Part shown: in pieces, positions 38,112-47,597 of the stretch
How the letters are laid out: the number at the start of each line of letters is the position of its first letter
How positions within the stretch are numbered: the first letter of the stretch is position 1
Sequence record: SRR22947725_4056
DNA: 64,000 nt
Direction: 5' to 3' (one strand)
Program-made: the position numbers and the translations under genes
Notes under the pieces: model-generated
What the model saw: the letters and a program-made list of their open reading frames with translations, nothing else
The model's database searches: none
What the model was told of the DNA's origin: nothing

Positions 38112-39431
38112 ATGAAAGATAACTATCGTGACCTCCGCGTCGCCGTGCTAGGGGGAGGAACGGTGGGAGCCCAAGTGGCCCACCGACTTCTTGAGGGAGC
38201 GGCCGAACTAGGTTCGCGCTCTGGCGCAGGCCTTTCCCTCATCGGGGTTGCCGTTCGCGATCTCACTGCCGAGCGAAGCGCGCCCCTTCCCGCTGAATTA
38301 CTGACCACCGATGCCCACTCGTTGATTCTCCAAGCCGACATTGTGGTGGAACTCATGGGGGGCATTGAACCGGCCCGCACCCTGATTCTGGAGGCGCTGG
38401 GTTCGGGAGCGGATGTTGTCACAGCGAACAAGGCTCTCCTTGCTGAGCACGGACCGGAGCTGTTTGATGCTGCAGCCCGGGTAGGCGCGCAGCTTTATTA
38501 CGAGGCAGCGGTTGCCGCCGCGATTCCCATCATTCGCCCGCTTCGAGATTCCTTGGCAGGGGACCGTGTGACAAAAATCATGGGCATCGTGAACGGGACG
38601 ACAAACTTTATTTTGGATCACATGGACTCCAAAGGCTTGAGCTTTGATGCAGCCCTCGCCGAGGCCACCGCGCTGGGCTACGCCGAGGCGGATCCGACAG
38701 CAGATATCGAGGGGTTTGATGCCGCCCAGAAAGCGTGCATACTTTCCTCCCTCGCTTTTCATACGGCAGTCCCGCTCGAGGACGTATATCGCGAAGGCAT
38801 CACGGCGGTCAGCGCGGAACAGATAGAGGCAGCAAAGAAATCCGGTCACGTCATCAAGCTGCTGGCAATTTGTGAACGACGCTTCGACGCTGCCACGGGC
38901 CGCGAAGGGGTCAGCACTAGGGTTCACCCCACCTTGATCCCCAGGTCTCATCCCCTTGCTGCCGCTCATGGCGCCAATAACGCGGTCTATGTGGAAGCGG
39001 AAGCAGCCGGCCCTCTAATGTTTTATGGGGCAGGTGCCGGTGGTGCGGAAACGGCATCCGCCGTCTTGGGAGATCTCGTCTCTGCCGCGAGGCGCCACGT
39101 TGCCGGGGGTCCTGGTGTCGGGGAGAGCACGCACGCAGACCTTCCCAGCATTCCTCTGGACCACGTCGCAAGCAGGCTGAATATTAGCTTGGTGGTGAAG
39201 GACCAGCCGGGTGTGTTGGCGGCCATTGCACAGGTATTTAGTGACCACGATGTGTCGGTAGAAACCTTGCATCAAAGTGCCAGTGGCGAAGGGGCGAGTG
39301 GGTCTGAGACCGCTACGCTGGTCATTCAGACTCACAGCGCACTCGAGGCTCGAGGACGGGAAACCGTTGACGCACTCGCTGCAAACCCTGTCGTTGTTGG
39401 AGTCACCAATGTTCTGAGAGTGGAGGGCTAA
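38112..39431 (+). CDS. hom: Homoserine dehydrogenase (with ACT domain)
   Basis: GGGTVG, VTANKA, GIVNGTTN, GYAEADP, GAGAGG, DQPGVLA. Confidence 0.96.
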   Translation: MKDNYRDLRVAVLGGGTVGAQVAHRLLEGAAELGSRSGAGLSLIGVAVRDLTAERSAPLPAELLTTDAHSLILQADIVVELMGGIEPARTLILEALGSGADVVTANKALLAEHGPELFDAAARVGAQLYYEAAVAAAIPIIRPLRDSLAGDRVTKIMGIVNGTTNFILDHMDSKGLSFDAALAEATALGYAEADPTADIEGFDAAQKACILSSLAFHTAVPLEDVYREGITAVSAEQIEAAKKSGHVIKLLAICERRFDAATGREGVSTRVHPTLIPRSHPLAAAHGANNAVYVEAEAAGPLMFYGAGAGGAETASAVLGDLVSAARRHVAGGPGVGESTHADLPSIPLDHVASRLNISLVVKDQPGVLAAIAQVFSDHDVSVETLHQSASGEGASGSETATLVIQTHSALEARGRETVDALAANPVVVGVTNVLRVEG

Positions 39432-39433
39432 TC

Positions 39434-40570
39434 GTGGCTAAGAAAGGGTTTTTTTCTCGCCAGCGGCCCAAAGGACCGAGACACAGCCGGGGTTCTCGGC
39501 AGTGGCGCGGAGTAATCCATGAGTACGCCGATCGGCTGGACGTCAGCAGGGCCACCCCGGTCGTCAGCCTCGGTGAGGGCGGGACACCGCTCATTGAAGC
39601 TCACAACCTTTCGGCCAGAACGGGCGTTCGCGTTCTGATTAAGTTTGAAGGAATGAACCCCACCGGTTCCTTTAAGGACCGCGGGATGACGATGGCAGTC
39701 ACCAAGGCCAAGGAACACGGTGCGAAAGCCGTCATTTGTGCTTCCACCGGAAATACCTCCGCTTCGGCTGCTGCCTATGCCGCCCACGGTGGACTCACTA
39801 GTGCCGTGCTTGTGCCCGATGGCAAAATCTCGATGGGGAAGCTCTCTCAAGCCATCGCTCATAATGCTCACGTTCTGCAGGTCGCTGGTAATTTCGACGA
39901 CTGTTTGGATATTGCAAGAGATTTAGCAGAGAACTATCCGATCCACTTGGTGAACTCGGTAAACAATGACCGGATCGAAGGACAAAAGACCGCGTCGTTT
40001 GAGGTTATTGACGTGTTGGGGAAAGCGCCAGACTTTCACTTCCTGCCGGTAGGGAATGCCGGAAACTACACCGCCTACCACCGGGGCTATAAGGAAGAAG
40101 CCAAACGGGGCGCCACCAACCAGATGCCACGAATGTTTGGATTCCAAGCCCTCGGTTCCGCGCCGTTTGTCACGGGGGAGCGGGTGAAAAACCCCGACAC
40201 GATTGCCACAGCAATCCGGATTGGCAATCCTGCGTCCTGGGACCTCGCTCTTGCGGCCCGCGAAGATAGCAATGGTTACTTCGGAGCGATTGATGACCCG
40301 GGCATTCTTGCCGCCCACCGGTTACTGTCCCAAGAGGAGGGCATTTTTGTGGAGCCCTCCTCCGCCATCAGCGTTGCCGGTTTGATGGAACGCCTTGAAG
40401 CGGGAGCGATTCCCAAGGGCGCAACCGTGGTGCTGACTGTTACCGGGCACGGGCTGAAGGACCCGAGCTGGGCCCTGAAAGATTCTTTGGGTGCTGAGAT
40501 TCAACCCACCAAAGTTCCTATTGATCCAGCCCATATCGCTGAAGTATTGGGATTGGGGGCCGCGAAATGA
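39434..40570 (+). CDS. thrC: Threonine synthase
   Basis: EGGTPL, NPTGSFKDRG, ASTGNT, PVGNAGN, TGHGLKD. Confidence 0.96.
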   Translation: MAKKGFFSRQRPKGPRHSRGSRQWRGVIHEYADRLDVSRATPVVSLGEGGTPLIEAHNLSARTGVRVLIKFEGMNPTGSFKDRGMTMAVTKAKEHGAKAVICASTGNTSASAAAYAAHGGLTSAVLVPDGKISMGKLSQAIAHNAHVLQVAGNFDDCLDIARDLAENYPIHLVNSVNNDRIEGQKTASFEVIDVLGKAPDFHFLPVGNAGNYTAYHRGYKEEAKRGATNQMPRMFGFQALGSAPFVTGERVKNPDTIATAIRIGNPASWDLALAAREDSNGYFGAIDDPGILAAHRLLSQEEGIFVEPSSAISVAGLMERLEAGAIPKGATVVLTVTGHGLKDPSWALKDSLGAEIQPTKVPIDPAHIAEVLGLGAAK

Positions 40571-41511
40571 GTGCACCTATCGCTCTTGGACGGAGTGTGA
40601 GCGTTCGGGTACCGGCCACCACCGCGAATCTTGGCCCGGGTTTTGACACGCTCGGCATGGCCCTCACGATTGAGGACACCTTGCAGGCCACCGTTCGTGA
40701 AGGCTCGGGGGTCCATGTGAGCGTTCATGGCGTGGGAGAAGGCGAAGTTCCCACGGATGAAACCAACCTCATCGCCCGATCGATGGCTCACGCCTTTGCT
40801 TCAAAAAACATCGACATGCCGGGAATTGATCTGATTGCCACTAACGTCATTCCGCACGGGCGAGGCCTCGGTTCCTCCGGCGCAGCCATCGTCTCTGGTG
40901 TGATGGCTGCGAAGGGTTTGCTCGAAGGGATAGTGGAGTTCACCCCCGAAGAGCTGCTCGCCTTGGCAACAGACATGGAAGGCCACCCGGACAATATTGC
41001 GCCCTCCCTTTTTGGCGGGCTCACGATTGCCTGGATGAGAGATGACGGCCCCAAGCACAAGAAGCTCAGCGTGCATCGCGGAGTGTCCTTGGTGGTTGCC
41101 GTTCCCGAAGATGCCAGCATGTCGACCCAGTTGGCGAGAAGCTTGCAGCCAGAAACTGTCCCCCACCAAGATGCGATTTTCAACCTTTCTCGGTCTGCAT
41201 TGCTGATTGCGGCCCTGATTCAAAGCCCCGAGCTGTTGTTCGAGGCCACCGAGGATCGTCTGCACCAGGACTACCGAGCTAGCGCGATGAAGGACACCGA
41301 TGCTTTGCTTCAAAGCCTGCGTAGCGCAGGGTTTGCTGCTGTGGTCTCAGGGGCAGGCCCCTCGGTGCTGATTTTGTGCTCCGACCCCGCCCAGCGACTT
41401 GAGGTACAAAAAGTAGTGGATGCTCATCAGGGAGGCGTATGGTCGAGCCATATGCTGACCGTCGATGAGCGGGGTGCTACAGTAGAAGAGCTTCCGGCGC
41501 TCGCGGACTGA
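40567..41511 (+). CDS. thrB: Homoserine kinase
   Basis: PATTANLGPGFD, GHMP motif PHGRGLGSSG, EGHPDN, SGAGPS. Confidence 0.96.
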   Translation: MSAPIALGRSVSVRVPATTANLGPGFDTLGMALTIEDTLQATVREGSGVHVSVHGVGEGEVPTDETNLIARSMAHAFASKNIDMPGIDLIATNVIPHGRGLGSSGAAIVSGVMAAKGLLEGIVEFTPEELLALATDMEGHPDNIAPSLFGGLTIAWMRDDGPKHKKLSVHRGVSLVVAVPEDASMSTQLARSLQPETVPHQDAIFNLSRSALLIAALIQSPELLFEATEDRLHQDYRASAMKDTDALLQSLRSAGFAAVVSGAGPSVLILCSDPAQRLEVQKVVDAHQGGVWSSHMLTVDERGATVEELPALAD

Positions 41512-41532
41512 CCCCAGTTAGCGCTCCGGATT

Positions 41533-41662
41533 ACCTCATCACCACACCGCCTCGTTTTTAAAAAGGCGTGAGGGTCACTCGTGACAGAGGAGCCGCAGGC
41601 TCCTTCAGCCCCCACTGTGGTGAGGAAGAGGTTGACAGCATTTCGATCGCCACATTCGTGGC
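41533..41662 (+). promoter_or_regulatory. Structured rho 5' leader (multi-stem junction)
   Basis: Outer stem TCACCACA/TGTGGTGA encloses three hairpins. A GCCAC/GTGGC hairpin follows, before the AAGGAG SD. Confidence 0.45.
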
Positions 41663-41680
41663 AGACAATAAGGAGAGACC

Positions 41681-43183
41681 ATGGAACAAGAGAGTTCTTC
41701 AACCCCCAGTACCAGTGATTCAAGTGAATCCACCCCCACTCGCAAGCGCGCCCCCCGCCGCGTGAGCTCGGCAACCACCGAGATCACCGCGCCGGCAGAA
41801 AAGGACAAACCTAGCGAGCCTAAGCCCGCCGAGGAGAGTGAGCGCCCCAAGCGTCGCCGCTCCAGCGCTCCCGCGAAAACCGAAGCCGCAGAGGCCACCG
41901 GGTCCGAGGGTTCCGACAGCAACGACTCCAGTGATGACGGCGCCGAGGCAGGCGGAGCACGCAGCCGGAACAGCGGCAACTCCCGCGGTCGCGGTCGCGA
42001 CCGTCGTCGTGGACGCGGCAGTTTCGGCGAAGAGGGTGAACCCGAAGTCTCCGATGATGACGTGTTGATTCCCATCGGGGGCATTCTGGATGTTCTCGAT
42101 AACTACGCTTTCGTTCGCACCCAGGGTTACTTGCCTGGACCCACCGACGTTTATGTGTCTTTGGGACAGGTCAAGAAATACAACCTGCGCAAGGGCGACG
42201 CCGTGATCGGCGCCATTCGTCAGCCCCGTGACGGTGAACACCAGGGTCGGCAGAAATACAACGCTCTGGTGAGCGTGGACACTGTCAATGGACAAAGCGT
42301 TGACGAAGCCGGTGCGCGCTCAGAGTTCTCTGCTCTTCGTGCGGTGTATCCCACGGAGCAGTTGCGGATGGAAACCTCTGCCGATGTCCTCGGCACCCGG
42401 ATGGTGGACCTCTTTGCCCCTGTGGCAAAGGGTCAACGTGCTGTCATCGTGGGAGCAACGAAGACGGGAAAGTCTGACCTGGTTCAGGCAATGGCTCAGG
42501 CCGTTGCCCAGAACGCGCCGGATGCTCACCTCATGGTCGTCCTTATCGATGAGCAGCCAGAGACAATCTCTGACGTTCAGCGCGATGCGAAGGGCGAAGT
42601 AATTGCCTCCAGCTTTGACCGCTCGGTGGATGATCACACCACCATCGCCGAACTTGCCATTGAGCGAGCTAAGCGATTGGTGGAATTGGGACACGACGTT
42701 GTTGTGGTGATGGATTCTTTGACCCGCCTCGCTCGCGCCTACCAGTTGGGATTGGGTGGCGGTTCGCGCACCGGAGCGATGGACACCGCGTGGGTGTATC
42801 CGACCAAGAAATTGTTTGGTGCTGCGCGCAACATTGAAGGTGGCGGTTCGCTCACGATGCTTGCGACGCTGGTGACAGAAACTGGTCTTGCCATGGATGA
42901 CGTCGTTGCAAGCGAAATTTCTGCTGCCGCGACCATGGAGTTGACCCTGGACGCCCATGCCGCTGGGGCGCGGGTTTTCCCAGCGATGAATATCGCTCGC
43001 TCCGGCACCAGAAAAGAAGAAGCCATCCTCGGCAAAGACGAGGTCGCTGCGCTCGCCGTGATCCGTCAGAAATTGGCGGGCCATTCCGCGCTCGAGGGGT
43101 TGCAGGCCGTGGTGAAAACACTGTCTTCGAGCTCTTCGAACGTCGAGGCACTGGTTTCCTTGCAGAAGAACCTCGGTAGCTAG
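41681..43183 (+). CDS. rho: Transcription termination factor Rho with a degenerate motor domain
   Basis: Conserved OB-fold (YAFVRTQGYLPGPTDVYVS), KRLVELGHDVV, FGAARNIE, SGTRKEE. thrB-rho-prfA synteny. Confidence 0.9.
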   Translation: MEQESSSTPSTSDSSESTPTRKRAPRRVSSATTEITAPAEKDKPSEPKPAEESERPKRRRSSAPAKTEAAEATGSEGSDSNDSSDDGAEAGGARSRNSGNSRGRGRDRRRGRGSFGEEGEPEVSDDDVLIPIGGILDVLDNYAFVRTQGYLPGPTDVYVSLGQVKKYNLRKGDAVIGAIRQPRDGEHQGRQKYNALVSVDTVNGQSVDEAGARSEFSALRAVYPTEQLRMETSADVLGTRMVDLFAPVAKGQRAVIVGATKTGKSDLVQAMAQAVAQNAPDAHLMVVLIDEQPETISDVQRDAKGEVIASSFDRSVDDHTTIAELAIERAKRLVELGHDVVVVMDSLTRLARAYQLGLGGGSRTGAMDTAWVYPTKKLFGAARNIEGGGSLTMLATLVTETGLAMDDVVASEISAAATMELTLDAHAAGARVFPAMNIARSGTRKEEAILGKDEVAALAVIRQKLAGHSALEGLQAVVKTLSSSSSNVEALVSLQKNLGS

Positions 43184-43189
43184 GGCACC

Positions 43190-44266
43190 ATGTTTGATTC
43201 TGTTGACGCGTTGATAGCGGAGCACGCTGAGCTTCAAGTGAAGCTGGGCGATCCCGCTGTCCACGCCGATGCAGGGTTATCCAAAAAGCTGAACCGGCGC
43301 TTCGCCCAGCTCTCCAAGATCATCGCAGCCCATGACCGCATGGTTGCACTGACCGATGACCTGGCTGCGGCTCAAGAGATGGCCAGTGAAGATGAGTCGA
43401 TGGCTGCCGAAGTGCCTGTTTTGGAAGCTGGTCTTGCAGAGGCCACCGAATCTCTTCGGTCCTTGTTGATTCCTCGGGACCCCGATGACGGGCGCGATGT
43501 CATCATGGAAATTAAGGGCGGGGAAGGTGGCGAAGAAAGCGCTTTGTTTGCTGCTGACTTGTTGCGGATGTATCTGCACTATGCGGAGTCTCGTGGCTGG
43601 AAAACAGAAGTGCTCGATAAGACCGAAAGCGACATGGGTGGTTTCAAAAACGTCCAGGTTGCCATCAAGAGCAATGCGAGCGACCCTGCAGAAGGCGTAT
43701 GGGCGAGCATGAAATATGAAGGTGGCGTCCACCGCGTGCAACGCGTTCCCGTCACCGAGTCACAGGGCAGAATCCACACCTCAACCACAGGGGTGCTCGT
43801 TTTTCCCGAGGTCGATGAACCCGAAGAGTTGGATATCAGTACAAACGATCTCAAGATTGACGTTTTCCGGTCCTCTGGCCCCGGCGGTCAGTCGGTTAAC
43901 ACCACTGACTCCGCCGTGCGGATCACCCACCTCCCCACGGGCATTGTCGTCTCGATGCAAAACGAGAAGAGCCAGATTCAAAACCGTGAGGCGGGAATGC
44001 GGGTGCTGCGCGCACGAATCCTGGCGCGACAGCAGGAAGAACTCGCCGCTGTCCAGTCCGATGCCAGGAAGAGCCAGATTCGTGGGATGGACCGATCCGA
44101 GAGAATTCGCACGTATAACTTCCCCGAGAACCGGATCGCTGATCACCGCACCGGGTATAAGTCTTACAATCTCGATCAGGTGATCAATGGGGCACTAGAG
44201 CCCGTGATTCGGTCCTGCATTGAGGCCGATGAAGCGGAGCGTCTCGCTGCCTTGAATCCCGAGTAA
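43190..44266 (+). CDS. prfA: Peptide chain release factor 1
   Basis: GEGGEE, PVT anticodon motif (RVPVTE), [12 protein letters not shown]. Confidence 0.97.
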   Translation: MFDSVDALIAEHAELQVKLGDPAVHADAGLSKKLNRRFAQLSKIIAAHDRMVALTDDLAAAQEMASEDESMAAEVPVLEAGLAEATESLRSLLIPRDPDDGRDVIMEIKGGEGGEESALFAADLLRMYLHYAESRGWKTEVLDKTESDMGGFKNVQVAIKSNASDPAEGVWASMKYEGGVHRVQRVPVTESQGRIHTSTTGVLVFPEVDEPEELDISTNDLKIDVFRSSGPGGQSVNTTDSAVRITHLPTGIVVSMQNEKSQIQNREAGMRVLRARILARQQEELAAVQSDARKSQIRGMDRSERIRTYNFPENRIADHRTGYKSYNLDQVINGALEPVIRSCIEADEAERLAALNPE

Positions 44267-45129
44267 TGCAACTTCTGGCAGCCCTCAAAGACGCCACGGA
44301 GCGCTTAACGCGCTCTGGAGTTGCCTCTCCCCAGGTTGATGCCGAACTACTCCTCGCTCACGTGACGGGTGTGTCTAGGGGTGAAGTGCTGGCATGGGTG
44401 CACACGGACAGAAGCCTCACCGCTGACCAGGTAGTGGACTGGGACAGGCTCCTGGCAAGACGGGAGAAAAGAGAGCCTCTCCAACACCTGACGGGCACGG
44501 CGGCCTTCATGTCTTTTGAAGTGAGTGTGGGGCCCGGTGTCTTTGTTCCCCGCCCCGAGACCCAAGCTCTTGTGGAAGCGGCAATCGACCAAGCGCTTGC
44601 GATGGGAGTGGGGGAGGAGGGTTTGAGAATTCTTGATCTCTGCTCCGGTTCCGGTGTGGTTGCCATTTCGCTGGCCCGGGCCATCCCTCACGCCAACGTG
44701 AGTGCTGTGGAAGCATCGCCTGAAGCCCTGGCATACCTCGAGAAGAACGTCGAGAACCTAGCCCCCAATATTCGTGTGGTGGCCTTGAGCGTTGCCGAGT
44801 GTGCCGAGGAATTTGGTGGTTCAGCCTTTGACATGATTCTTGCCAACCCGCCCTATGTCCCGGTCTCTGAAGTGCCCAATGATCCCGAGGTCGCCACCTA
44901 CGACCCGGCGATGGCGCTGTTCGGGGGAGCAGATGGTCTCGATGTTGTCCATCACATTCAAGCTCTGGCGAATTCCCACCTCAGACCTGGTGGCTATCTT
45001 GCGATCGAGCATTCAAATCTTCAGGGCGACGCCGTCCGCGCAATTATGAACTCAGCCGGCATGAGAAGTGTTTCCACCGAGAAAGACTTTGCGGAGCGAG
45101 AACGGTTCACCCACGGTTTTCGTCCCTAA
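44266..45129 (+). CDS. prmC: Release factor glutamine methyltransferase
   Basis: REPLQHL, VFVPRPET, DLCSGSG, NPPY. Confidence 0.95.
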   Translation: MQLLAALKDATERLTRSGVASPQVDAELLLAHVTGVSRGEVLAWVHTDRSLTADQVVDWDRLLARREKREPLQHLTGTAAFMSFEVSVGPGVFVPRPETQALVEAAIDQALAMGVGEEGLRILDLCSGSGVVAISLARAIPHANVSAVEASPEALAYLEKNVENLAPNIRVVALSVAECAEEFGGSAFDMILANPPYVPVSEVPNDPEVATYDPAMALFGGADGLDVVHHIQALANSHLRPGGYLAIEHSNLQGDAVRAIMNSAGMRSVSTEKDFAERERFTHGFRP

Positions 45130-45743
45130 GGCTGAGCTTCCAAGAATGCCGTGATGGCAGAGATCACCGTTTTCCCGTTGTCATGAGGCGAAAACCACTG
45201 GGTGGTGATTCCTACCTCATTGGCCTCCCGTAAGTTTTCCGGGGTGTCATCGACAAAGAAAGTGTCTGAGGCGAGCGCGCCATATCGATCAAGCACCCTT
45301 TGATACACCAGGGGGTCCGGCTTTCTGGCTCCGTAGTGGGCGGTGGCAAAGAGGTGGTTGCCAAAGACGGGAGCAAGGTGGGGGGCAACCTCTGCGAGGT
45401 GCTCTCCAATGAGCATGCCGTTATTCGTGAGAAGAGTTACTTGGCCGTGCTGGGTGGCGAATTCGACCGCGCTGAGAACCTCTGGCTTAAACACCATCGC
45501 TTCCTTGCGCATCGAAACCCAGTCTTCTCGGGTAATGCTGGAGCCGAAGGATTCGTTGACCCGGCGCAAGTATTCGTCGCCGGTATCGGGGTCCCCAGCT
45601 TCTGCTTTCCACTCCCCCTCGTCGTGCCACCAGCGACGGCGAAGATCCTGGTAATCGAGCCCCGTGATGTCGGTGAGTGCGTCCATCCTGTGGCGGGTGT
45701 GATAGTCGTAGAGGACGTTATCCATGTCAAAGATGAAAAGCAT
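45126..45743 (-). CDS. HAD-family phosphatase
   Basis: Motif I FDMDNVL, LTN, RKPDP, FVDDTPEN. Confidence 0.88.
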   Translation of the reverse strand: MLFIFDMDNVLYDYHTRHRMDALTDITGLDYQDLRRRWWHDEGEWKAEAGDPDTGDEYLRRVNESFGSSITREDWVSMRKEAMVFKPEVLSAVEFATQHGQVTLLTNNGMLIGEHLAEVAPHLAPVFGNHLFATAHYGARKPDPLVYQRVLDRYGALASDTFFVDDTPENLREANEVGITTQWFSPHDNGKTVISAITAFLEAQP

Positions 45744-45798
45744 GATGACCCCAGACTAGGCCCGGGACCGGCGCGCTGAGGCAACGTACACTGGGCCT

Positions 45799-46479
45799 AT
45801 GCAAGCCCAACGGTTCGATGCTTCTGAGCCTGGCTCTCGCCTCGCGGGAATGACAGCCGCCGTCGAAGCCCTCGCTGGCGGGGAAAGCATTGTCTTGCCC
45901 ACCGACACGGTCTATGGAATTGGGTGCGACCCTTTTAGGGCCTCTGCGGTGGAGGCTCTGTTGGCGCTGAAAGGTCGCTCGCGCGCCATGCCGCCACCGG
46001 TGTTGATCCCCGACCTCGAGCGGGCCACCGCGCTGGTGACTTCCATTCCCGAAGCACTTGCTCCTGCATTGGAGCGGTTCTGGCCGGGGGCATTGACGGT
46101 TATTTTCAAGGCATCCCCGGAAGTGAGCTGGGATTTAGGCGATACCGGGGGGACAGTCGCCTTGCGGATGCCAGCCCATGATGTTGCTCTCGAGTTGTTG
46201 CGTCTGGTGGGACCGCTGGCGGTTTCCAGCGCCAACCTCACCGGTCAGCTTCCAGCCCAGAGTGTGGATGAAGCGATTGCGCAGCTGGGTGAGGGTGTGG
46301 GGGTTTATCTCGACGCTGGTGCGGTCGGCCACAGCTTTTCCGATTCCCCAGGAAGCTCCGGCTCCACGATTATTGATGCGAGCTCTGTCGATGCGGGCGG
46401 TGCATGGCGAGTGGTGAGGCGCGGCGTTGTGCCCATTGAGGCTTTGGTTTCCCTCCTTCCGGGGGAGTGGGAGGGCTAA
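45799..46479 (+). CDS. tsaC: L-threonylcarbamoyladenylate synthase (TsaC/Sua5/YrdC), intact copy
   Basis: PTDTVYG, KGR, FWPGALT, ALRMP, SSAN, STIID. TACACT lies 6 nt before the ATG. Confidence 0.93.
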   Translation: MQAQRFDASEPGSRLAGMTAAVEALAGGESIVLPTDTVYGIGCDPFRASAVEALLALKGRSRAMPPPVLIPDLERATALVTSIPEALAPALERFWPGALTVIFKASPEVSWDLGDTGGTVALRMPAHDVALELLRLVGPLAVSSANLTGQLPAQSVDEAIAQLGEGVGVYLDAGAVGHSFSDSPGSSGSTIIDASSVDAGGAWRVVRRGVVPIEALVSLLPGEWEG

Positions 46480-47597
46480 TGGGTTACTTTTTGATTGCGG
46501 GAGTGGCAGCAGCCACCGCATTGGGTGTTGCCTACGTTCTCCTGCGCTTGGCCAAGCGTTACGAATGGCACCCTGAAATTCGCCCGCGAGATGTCCACCA
46601 AACTCCGACCCCTCGCCTGGGGGGAATCGCGGTTTTCGCCGGGATGCTAGCGGGAGTGCTGGTAGCTAGTCAGCTCGGCTACTTCGACGATGTCTTCCTT
46701 TCGCCCCGTGCCATCATCACTGTCTTTATTGCCGCAGCTATCATCTTGGCGCTGGGGGTCGTGGATGACATTTTTGATTTGGACTGGCTGACGAAGCTCT
46801 CTGGTCAGTTTCTTGCCGCGGGGGTTGTCGCGTGGCAGGGCGTCCAAATTGTGTCCCTCCCTATCGGTGGACTCACACTTTTTTCTCCCACTTTGTCTCT
46901 GCTCTTGACGGTTCTGGCGATCGTGGTCGTGATGAACGCCGTCAACTTTATTGATGGGCTCGATGGGTTGGTCGTGGGAGTCGCCCTCATTTCCAACGGG
47001 GTTTTCTTCCTCTATTCCTTTGTGCTGTCACTGGGCGACCAGGGTGCACCCTATTTTGGTTTGGCGACGATCATCACCGTTCTGCTGGCGGGTTCGCTCT
47101 TGGGCTTCTTGCCGCTGAACTGGAATCCGGCAAAGCTGTTCTTGGGAGATTCTGGTGCACTCCTCGTGGGGTTAATGATGTCGGTGAGTGCGATTTCGGT
47201 CACCGGGCAAATTGATCCTGGCGCCCTCAATCCCACCCAGTTGCTTCCTGCTTTCTTGCCGGTTATTTTGCCTTTGGCGGTTCTGATTGTTCCTCTCCTC
47301 GATTTTTCCCTTGCCGTGTTGCGCAGAATTCGCCGGGGGATGTCGCCTTTTGATGCAGACCGTGCTCATCTCCATCACCGACTGCTCGATATGGGACACA
47401 CCCATCGACAGGCGGTATTGATTTTGTATTCGTGGACCGCCGTGTTGGCCATTGGAACTCTCATGTTTCTTTTCGTACCCTGGTACTGGGCGCTCACCAT
47501 CATCGGCGTGGGGCTCATTGGTTCCACCGTGGTGACACTCTCACCCGATAACCGATCAGAAGACGATCCGCTACTGATTGACCAGGAGACCGCATGA
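46479..47597 (+). CDS. wecA: MraY/WecA-family polyprenyl-phosphate GlcNAc-1-P transferase
   Basis: PTPRLGG, GVVDD, NAVNFIDGLDGL, FLGDSG, DRAHLHHRL. Confidence 0.9.
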   Translation: MGYFLIAGVAAATALGVAYVLLRLAKRYEWHPEIRPRDVHQTPTPRLGGIAVFAGMLAGVLVASQLGYFDDVFLSPRAIITVFIAAAIILALGVVDDIFDLDWLTKLSGQFLAAGVVAWQGVQIVSLPIGGLTLFSPTLSLLLTVLAIVVVMNAVNFIDGLDGLVVGVALISNGVFFLYSFVLSLGDQGAPYFGLATIITVLLAGSLLGFLPLNWNPAKLFLGDSGALLVGLMMSVSAISVTGQIDPGALNPTQLLPAFLPVILPLAVLIVPLLDFSLAVLRRIRRGMSPFDADRAHLHHRLLDMGHTHRQAVLILYSWTAVLAIGTLMFLFVPWYWALTIIGVGLIGSTVVTLSPDNRSEDDPLLIDQETA

